DNA of 64,000 bases, from positions 17,441-81,440 of the forward strand of contig CAMLRL010000004.1 of the NCBI GenBank assembly GCA_946482465.1. Reading direction: 5' to 3'. Source of the stretch: an uncultured Lactobacillus sp. (lineage in GTDB: Bacteria > Bacillota > Bacilli > Lactobacillales > Lactobacillaceae). The translations under genes and the position numbers were made by a program. Shown here piece after piece: positions 57,382-64,000 of this stretch (positions within the stretch are counted from its first letter, which is position 1; each line of letters begins with the position of its first letter). The notes beneath the pieces were generated by a model. The model ran no database searches, was not told where the DNA came from, and saw only the letters and a list, made by a program, of their open reading frames with translations.

Positions 57382-59250
57382 ATGAATTTGGATAAAGCAG
57401 TGACAAATAAAAATGCAGAAATGAAGGGGCAGCGAACTACTACCTTATTTAGATTATTGAAGTTAATCGCAAATACTAGTCCTTGGATGCTTATTACATC
57501 TATCATCGCCATTATTTTGTCGGCAGGGGCTAACATAATTGGATCACTATTTATTGAGCGGTTAATTAATGTTTATATCATCCCTCTAACTAAACAAGCA
57601 CATCCAAATTTTGGTCCACTTTGGCAAGCAATTGTGGTAATGTTTGGTTTTTATGCAATTGGTTTTATTTCTAGTTACCTGTTTGCCGTTTTAATGGCAG
57701 TTTTAGCTCAAAAAGTTCAGTATCGGGTACGTAATGAAATGTTTGAGCACATGGAAAAACTACCAATTTCATATTTTGATGAAAATGACTATGGCGATAT
57801 CATGAGTCGTTATACAAACGATATTGATACATTAATGCAAATGATTTCCCAGTCAATTCCGCAATTTATGAACTCAACTTTAAATATTGTCTTCGCATTA
57901 GTGGCAATGTTTACTTTAAGCTGGCAGCTAACAATTTTCACTTTAGTGATGTTTGTGCTTTCACTAGGAATTGTGCGTTTCCTAACCTCTCGTTCATCGC
58001 ACTACTTCCAGTTGCAACAAAAAGAACTTGGGCAAGTTAACGGCTATAACGAAGAAATGCTTAATGGACTGAAAGTTATTAAGGTCTTCAGTCATGAACC
58101 TGAAGTTGAAGAGGAGTTTGAAACTTACAACCATGCTCTAGAAAATGCTGCTGGTAAGGCAAATACATATGCTACTGTCTTGTTCCCAATTATGGGTAAC
58201 ATGGGTAACTTACTTTATGTTTTGATTGCAGTTATTGGTGGTGCCGTTTCACTTAACCACCTCGCACCAATTTCATTGGGTGTGATTGGTGCCTTCTTGC
58301 AACTAGCAAAACAGTTCTCAATGCCAATTGCGCAAATTTCGCAACAATTAAACTCAATCGTAATGGCTTTGGCTGGTGCTAAACGAATTTTTGATTTGGA
58401 AGATGAACCGGTTGAAACTGATGATGGTGATGTAACTATCACTAAGGACCGCGACGTTAAGGGTGCATGGCACTGGAATGTTCCTCAAAAAGATGGATCT
58501 GTTAAGCAAGTAACTGTCAAAGGCCACATTGTATTTGACAATGTTAACTTTGGCTACTCACCAAATAAACAAATTTTGTATAACATTTCTCTTGATGCAA
58601 AACCAGGAATGAAAGTTGCACTTGTTGGTGAAACCGGTGCGGGTAAAACAACTATTTCCAATATGATTAATCGGTTTTATGAGATTAATTCAGGAACAAT
58701 TACCTACGATGGCATTCCAATTAGCAGAATCAAGAAGGATGACTTGCGTCATTCACTATCAATTGTTTTGCAGGAAACTCACCTGTTTACCGGAACTGTA
58801 ATGGATAACATCAGATTTGGTAATATGGAAGCAAGTGATGATGATGTTTACCAAGCAGCGCATTTATCGCATGCTGATGAATTCATCCATAATCTAGATG
58901 AAGGCTATAAGACTGTAATTGATGGTAATGGTGGAGATCTTTCTCAAGGTCAAATGCAGTTACTAAGTATTGCGCGAGCAATGATTGCTGATGAGCCAGT
59001 AATGATTCTGGATGAAGCAACTTCAAGTATTGATACTCAAACTGAGAAACTTGTTCAAGCAGGAATGGATAACCTGTTGGCTGGACGAACTAGTTTTGTA
59101 ATTGCCCACCGGTTATCGACAATTGTTAACTCTGACTTGATTCTGGTTCTCGACCATGGTCACATTATTGAAGCTGGTAATCACCAAGAACTATTGAAAG
59201 AAAAAGGTTATTACTACGAGTTATATACTGGTAAAAAGGAAATCGAATAG
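57382..59250 (+). CDS. Heterodimeric ABC exporter subunit with consensus catalytic residues
   Basis: GETGAGKTT, LSQGQ, ILDEATS, AHRLST. Confidence 0.92.
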   Translation: MNLDKAVTNKNAEMKGQRTTTLFRLLKLIANTSPWMLITSIIAIILSAGANIIGSLFIERLINVYIIPLTKQAHPNFGPLWQAIVVMFGFYAIGFISSYLFAVLMAVLAQKVQYRVRNEMFEHMEKLPISYFDENDYGDIMSRYTNDIDTLMQMISQSIPQFMNSTLNIVFALVAMFTLSWQLTIFTLVMFVLSLGIVRFLTSRSSHYFQLQQKELGQVNGYNEEMLNGLKVIKVFSHEPEVEEEFETYNHALENAAGKANTYATVLFPIMGNMGNLLYVLIAVIGGAVSLNHLAPISLGVIGAFLQLAKQFSMPIAQISQQLNSIVMALAGAKRIFDLEDEPVETDDGDVTITKDRDVKGAWHWNVPQKDGSVKQVTVKGHIVFDNVNFGYSPNKQILYNISLDAKPGMKVALVGETGAGKTTISNMINRFYEINSGTITYDGIPISRIKKDDLRHSLSIVLQETHLFTGTVMDNIRFGNMEASDDDVYQAAHLSHADEFIHNLDEGYKTVIDGNGGDLSQGQMQLLSIARAMIADEPVMILDEATSSIDTQTEKLVQAGMDNLLAGRTSFVIAHRLSTIVNSDLILVLDHGHIIEAGNHQELLKEKGYYYELYTGKKEIE

Positions 59251-59259
59251 TCTTAAATT

Positions 59260-59300
59260 AAGAAATCCTAATCTCTTATTAGAAGAGGTTGGGATTTTTT
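59260..59300 (+). terminator. Intrinsic terminator
   Basis: AAATCCTAATCTCTT...AAGAGGTTGGGATTTTTT. Confidence 0.75.
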
Positions 59301-59467
59301 GTATGCTCATAAAAAGCGCTCAAATAAAGGAAATGCCGCAAAGCAGATATTTGTTCTAGAACACTTGTTTGTGTTATCATTATACAAAGATAAAATTATA
59401 ATGATAGGTTAAAAATACTATATTCAGCAATTAGCATGCATGTGGTATTAATAAAAGGAAATTAGTG

Positions 59468-60994
59468 ATGAACCAAATACTTCAAATTCTGAGCGAACGT
59501 AGGAGCGATTTATGGGTAGCATTTTTACAGCACTTACAAATTTCGCTTGTTTCGCTATTATTGGCGATGATAATTGCCATGCCGCTTGCTTTTTGGGCAA
59601 CGAAGCACAAAAAGGCGGCGGAATTTCTCTTACAGGTGACTAGTATTTTACAAACGATTCCTTCGCTAGCTCTTTTAGGATTATTAATTCCACTTGTTGG
59701 AATTGGCACTATTCCAGCAGTAATTGCACTTGTTGTCTACGCATTACTGCCAATTTTTCAAAACACTTATATCGGCCTAACTGGAATTGACCCGGCGTTA
59801 GAAGAAGCTGCAAATGCCTTTGGAATGTCAAGGATACAGAAGTTATGCAAGGTTGAGATACCGCTAGCTTTACCAACAATTATTTCTGGTATTCGAACTG
59901 CACTGGTGTTAATTGTTGGAACGGCGACAATGGCTGCATTAATTGGTGCAGGTGGTCTAGGTAGTTTTATTTTACTGGGAATTGATCGCAATAATACTGC
60001 TTTGATTATTATTGGTGCGGTTTGTTCAGGTGCGCTGGCAATCTGCTTGAGCGCTCTAATTAAATGGCTTGAGCATGCATCTGTGAAAAAGGCTTTAGGC
60101 GTTTTTGCAGTTTGTCTGTTTTTCCTAGCAGGGTCAGGTATTTATCGGGCTGTGGAGAATCACACGGAAACAATTACTATTGCAGGTAAACTTGGCTCAG
60201 AGCCAGAAATCTTGATTAATATGTATAAGGAATTAATTGAAGATGGCGATGCACACGTTAAAGTTGTTTTGAAGCCGAATTTTGGTAAGACTACTTTTTT
60301 ATATAGTGCACTTAAAAATAATAAAATTGATATTTATCCAGAATTTACCGGGACAATCTTAGAGACTTTTGCTAAAAAGCCAATTTCAACTTCCGGGCTT
60401 GACGAACAGCAAACTTATCAAAAAGCTCGGCAATTAATGAAGCAGCAAGACAAGTTAGCTTTGTTAAAGCCAATGGCGTACGACAATACTTATGCGTTAG
60501 CAGTAAAAACCTCATTTATGAACAAATATCATCTGCATAAAATCAGCGATTTGGCACCAATTCAGTTCCAATTAAAAGGTGGAATGACGATGGAATTCAT
60601 TGATCGTAGTGATGGTTTTAAAGGAATTAAAAAGCGCTATGATCTTGACTTTCCGGTTAAATCAATGGAACCAGCACTACGTTACCAAGCAATTCAACAA
60701 AATAAGGTCAATATTGTCGATGCTTATTCCACTGACAGTGAGCTACGGCAATATCATTTGAGTATTCTGCGGGATGATAAACATAATTTTCCTATTTATC
60801 AGGGTGCGCCTTTAATGAGCTTAGATTTTGCCAATAAACATCCAAAGATTGTTCAAAGCCTAAATAAGCTTGCCGGTAAGATTACTGAAAAAGAAATGCA
60901 GGAAATGAACTACGAAGTTAATGTAAAAAACGTTGATCCTGGCAAAGTTGCGCACCAATATTTGGTCAAGCATCATTTGATTAAGGAGAATTAA
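59468..60994 (+). CDS. Glycine betaine/carnitine/choline ABC transporter, fused permease and substrate-binding protein
   Basis: QTIPSLAL, EAA..GM EAA loop, IGAGGLG, DIYPEFTGT, NTYALAV, DAYSTD. Confidence 0.92.
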   Translation: MNQILQILSERRSDLWVAFLQHLQISLVSLLLAMIIAMPLAFWATKHKKAAEFLLQVTSILQTIPSLALLGLLIPLVGIGTIPAVIALVVYALLPIFQNTYIGLTGIDPALEEAANAFGMSRIQKLCKVEIPLALPTIISGIRTALVLIVGTATMAALIGAGGLGSFILLGIDRNNTALIIIGAVCSGALAICLSALIKWLEHASVKKALGVFAVCLFFLAGSGIYRAVENHTETITIAGKLGSEPEILINMYKELIEDGDAHVKVVLKPNFGKTTFLYSALKNNKIDIYPEFTGTILETFAKKPISTSGLDEQQTYQKARQLMKQQDKLALLKPMAYDNTYALAVKTSFMNKYHLHKISDLAPIQFQLKGGMTMEFIDRSDGFKGIKKRYDLDFPVKSMEPALRYQAIQQNKVNIVDAYSTDSELRQYHLSILRDDKHNFPIYQGAPLMSLDFANKHPKIVQSLNKLAGKITEKEMQEMNYEVNVKNVDPGKVAHQYLVKHHLIKEN

Positions 60995-60995
60995 G

Positions 60996-61976
60996 ATGAC
61001 GGCAGCAATAAAATTTGAGCATGTAAAAAAATCTTTTGCCGATAAGTTAGTAATTAATGACCTTAATCTGGAAATTAAGCAGGGTGAATTGTTCGTCTTA
61101 GTTGGAAACTCTGGTAGTGGTAAAACAACAACAATTAAGATGATTAACCGATTGGAAGACCCTACGACCGGACAAGTACTGGTAAATGAGCAACCAACTA
61201 CTTCATATGATTTACAGAAATTGCGTTGGAATATTGGTTATGTTTTACAACAAATTGCATTATTTCCGAATATGACCGTTGCTCAAAACATCTCGCTAAT
61301 TCCAGAAATTAAGGGCGAATGTCGGCCCAAGGATAAGAAGCAGGAAAAGAAAACTGAACAATTGTTAACCGAAGTAGGACTCGATCCTAAAAGCTATTCT
61401 TCTCGCTATCCTAGTGAATTATCTGGTGGAGAGCAACAACGAATAGGTATTTTACGTGCGATTTCTTCTCAGCCGCCAATTGTTTTAATGGACGAACCGT
61501 TTAGTGCGCTTGATCCATTATCTCGAACTAATTTACAAGACTTAGTTATCGACCTACATGAAAATCTACATAACACAATTGTGTTTGTCACCCATGATAT
61601 GAGCGAGGCACTTAAAATAGCAGATCGAATTGGAATCATGAAAGATGGTGAGCTGCTCCAAGTGGGTGAGCCCAATGAAATCTTGCGTCATCCGGCTAAT
61701 CAATTCGTCCAAGACTTTTTCCGTGGCAGCTTGGGTAAGGATATCTACGAAACGCCTGTAAGGCAAGCAATCTTCTTCAATCGACTGGCTGAAGATCATG
61801 GACAAGAAAGTGAGCAGCTTCCAACAATCAGCGTTGATGAAAAGTTGGCTAAAGTGCTCAGCCTTTTATGTAATGCCGAAAAAGTTGCGGTTCAGGATCA
61901 TGATGGTAAATTTATTGGCTTTCTTGACCGGCAATGGGTAATTAAATACTTGAATGGAATAAATGATTTTAGCTAA
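60996..61976 (+). CDS. Osmoprotectant ABC transporter ATPase
   Basis: GNSGSGKTT..KMINRL, LSGGEQQR, MDEPFSALD; CBS-like tail. Confidence 0.92.
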   Translation: MTAAIKFEHVKKSFADKLVINDLNLEIKQGELFVLVGNSGSGKTTTIKMINRLEDPTTGQVLVNEQPTTSYDLQKLRWNIGYVLQQIALFPNMTVAQNISLIPEIKGECRPKDKKQEKKTEQLLTEVGLDPKSYSSRYPSELSGGEQQRIGILRAISSQPPIVLMDEPFSALDPLSRTNLQDLVIDLHENLHNTIVFVTHDMSEALKIADRIGIMKDGELLQVGEPNEILRHPANQFVQDFFRGSLGKDIYETPVRQAIFFNRLAEDHGQESEQLPTISVDEKLAKVLSLLCNAEKVAVQDHDGKFIGFLDRQWVIKYLNGINDFS

Positions 61977-62141
61977 AAGTTGGGCCAAGTGCCCAGCTTT
62001 TTTAACAAAAAGATAAGTTATGTGTGAATGTTAGGTGATTGTAACAAAATTAGCTAAAATATGAATTATAGAGTCTGCTACACTATAAGTAGTAGAGATT
62101 ATTCACAATAATTAATAAATAAAAAGAAGGGACAAAGCCCT

Positions 62142-62828
62142 ATGAAAATTTTAGTAGTCGATGACGATAAAGAAATTGTTGAATTATTGAGTATTTATCT
62201 AAAGAATGAAGGTTATACTCCGGTTATAGCATATAGTGGTAAAGAAGCTATCACTAAATTAACTACTACACCTGATATTTCGTTAATGATTTTGGACGTA
62301 ATGATGCCAAGTATGAGCGGAATTGATGTAATTAAAGAAGTTCGAAAGGACTCTGATATTCCAATTATTATTGTGTCAGCTAAAACCGGCGACATGGATA
62401 AAATTCAAGGCCTAATTACTGGTGCTGATGACTACGTTTCAAAGCCATTTAATCCGCTTGAAGTAATGGCTCGGGTACGTTCACTTTTACGTCGGAGTCA
62501 AAAGCAAGTTAAGGATGATGAACCAGATGTTTTGGAAATCGGGCCGCTAGTTATTAACCGTGATTCACACGAAGTAAAAACAATTGATGGCAAAGATATT
62601 CAGTTAACAGCATTGGAATTTGGCATTTTGTATTTACTTGCTAGTCACCCAAATCGTGTTTTTTCTGCTGACGAAATTTTCGAACGAGTATGGCAACAGG
62701 AATCTATTGTCTCGGCCAAGACTGTAATGGTCCACGTTTCGCATTTGCGTGACAAAATCCAGAAAGCTACTGGCGGCGAAGACGTTATCCAGACTGTCTG
62801 GGGTGTAGGTTATAAGGTTGAGGCCTAA
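62142..62828 (+). CDS. OmpR-family response regulator, CroR/CesR-like
   Basis: MKILVVDDDKEIVELLSIY, LDVMMP, KPFNPLEVMARV, TVMVHVSHLRDKI, TVWGVGYK. Confidence 0.92.
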   Translation: MKILVVDDDKEIVELLSIYLKNEGYTPVIAYSGKEAITKLTTTPDISLMILDVMMPSMSGIDVIKEVRKDSDIPIIIVSAKTGDMDKIQGLITGADDYVSKPFNPLEVMARVRSLLRRSQKQVKDDEPDVLEIGPLVINRDSHEVKTIDGKDIQLTALEFGILYLLASHPNRVFSADEIFERVWQQESIVSAKTVMVHVSHLRDKIQKATGGEDVIQTVWGVGYKVEA

Positions 62829-62834
62829 ATAAAA

Positions 62835-63989
62835 ATGAATAAAGAACATGTCAAGTTAACAGCTACGGAAAAAAGTGAACTGTTTGCTGAAGGCGTGATT
62901 ACAATTGTGCTACTCTTGTTGCTCAATTTATCCATTGTTATTTTGATTAATTTGACGATTTTGCAAAATAAGAACTTAGTAAACGGTATTTATTTTTTAA
63001 AAAAAACAATTACGTTTGCTGGAGGCCGACACCTATGGTCCTGGCAAAATACGTTTTTAGTCATGATGGGCGTCGGCGATTTGATTGTCTTATATTGGCG
63101 TTTAATTAGACGTTATCATCAAATGCAGTTGCGCCATGTTATTTCAGAGCTGCACTATATTGCTCAAGGTCACTTTGACCATACTATTTCGTTTAAAGTA
63201 AAAACCGATTTACAGAAGGTGATTGATTCAATCAATTCTTTAGTTGACAGTACTGTAAATGCAATTAATGAAGAAAGGGCAATTGAGCAATCAAAAGATG
63301 AATTAATTAGCAACGTCTCACATGATATTAGGACGCCATTAACATCAATTATAGGTTATCTCGGCTTGCTTAAATCTGGTGTAGACGATCCTGAAGAACA
63401 GCAACGCTACCTTAACATTGCGTATTCTAAAGCAGAACAAATGAAGTCACTTGCACATGATTTGCTTGAATATACAACGCTAAAATCTACTAATACTAGT
63501 TTAAACCTGACTTCCCTGCATATTTTTTCAATGCTTGAACAGGTAGCGGCTGGTTTTGAATTTGAAGCAGATGAAAAAGGGGTTGTTTTTAACATTGAAA
63601 CAAGACCCAAAGACTTGACGATTCAAGCTGACCCAGAAAAATTAGTGCGTGTGTATAATAATTTGATTACTAATGCCTTGAAATATGGTACCGGTGCTAC
63701 CCAAATAAACTTGATTGCCAATTTAGTTAATAATAATGAGGTTGAATTGCGAGTAGAAAATAACGGTGAGCGCATTCCAAAGGACTCTTTAAAGAAAATC
63801 TTTGAGCGTTTTTATCGTATGGAAGGCTCGCGGAATACTCAAACTGGAGGAACTGGACTTGGCTTAGCTATTACCAAGAGCATAGTCGACTTACACCATG
63901 GCAAGATTCGCTGTGAATCCGACGATAAGTGGACACGTTTTATCATTTGTTTGCCATTAGACCCAAAGAACACAAAATCTCTAGCCTAG
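62835..63989 (+). CDS. Sensor histidine kinase, CroS/CesK-like
   Basis: Two TMs with a short loop, HAMP, H-box SHDIRTPLTSI, NALKYG, GGTGLGLAI. Confidence 0.93.
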   Translation: MNKEHVKLTATEKSELFAEGVITIVLLLLLNLSIVILINLTILQNKNLVNGIYFLKKTITFAGGRHLWSWQNTFLVMMGVGDLIVLYWRLIRRYHQMQLRHVISELHYIAQGHFDHTISFKVKTDLQKVIDSINSLVDSTVNAINEERAIEQSKDELISNVSHDIRTPLTSIIGYLGLLKSGVDDPEEQQRYLNIAYSKAEQMKSLAHDLLEYTTLKSTNTSLNLTSLHIFSMLEQVAAGFEFEADEKGVVFNIETRPKDLTIQADPEKLVRVYNNLITNALKYGTGATQINLIANLVNNNEVELRVENNGERIPKDSLKKIFERFYRMEGSRNTQTGGTGLGLAITKSIVDLHHGKIRCESDDKWTRFIICLPLDPKNTKSLA

Positions 63990-64000
63990 CTGTGTTATAA

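Noticed and set aside
55654-59250. Degenerate Walker motifs in the first ABC exporter subunit as a sign of pseudogenisation
   Set aside because: This is the normal asymmetry of heterodimeric ABC exporters.
59300-59465. c-di-AMP riboswitch upstream of the Opu transporter
   Set aside because: The conserved ydaO aptamer motifs are absent; the region is AT-rich promoter DNA.

Overview
Chromosomal, mostly + strand segment of a Lactobacillus sensu stricto genome (acidophilus/delbrueckii-type gene content; the species cannot be fixed from the sequence). Housekeeping content: ddl, pepN, helD, coaA, efp, the rsmG-noc-parA-parB-ychF cluster, a CroRS-like two-component system, and ABC/ECF transporters (livKHMGF, Opu-type, HrtRBA-like heme efflux, a Bce/FtsX-type system with two permeases, a heterodimeric exporter). 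Accessory content: a helveticin J-family bacteriocin, a frameshifted BglG-regulated PTS operon and a matrixin pseudogene. No rRNA, tRNA, CRISPR array or intact transposase was seen. The two best finds are tiny ORFs missing from the ORF track. (1) A probably leaderless 17-codon uORF ending Leu-Pro-Pro-Ala-stop sits directly upstream of efp, with a 9-nt element complementary to the efp ribosome-binding region; this is a candidate EF-P-sensing feedback switch. (2) An Ile/Leu-rich 28-codon leader peptide with a complete cascade of alternative hairpins and a terminator precedes the liv operon. All calls come from reading the sequence by eye; no searches or folding programs were run.
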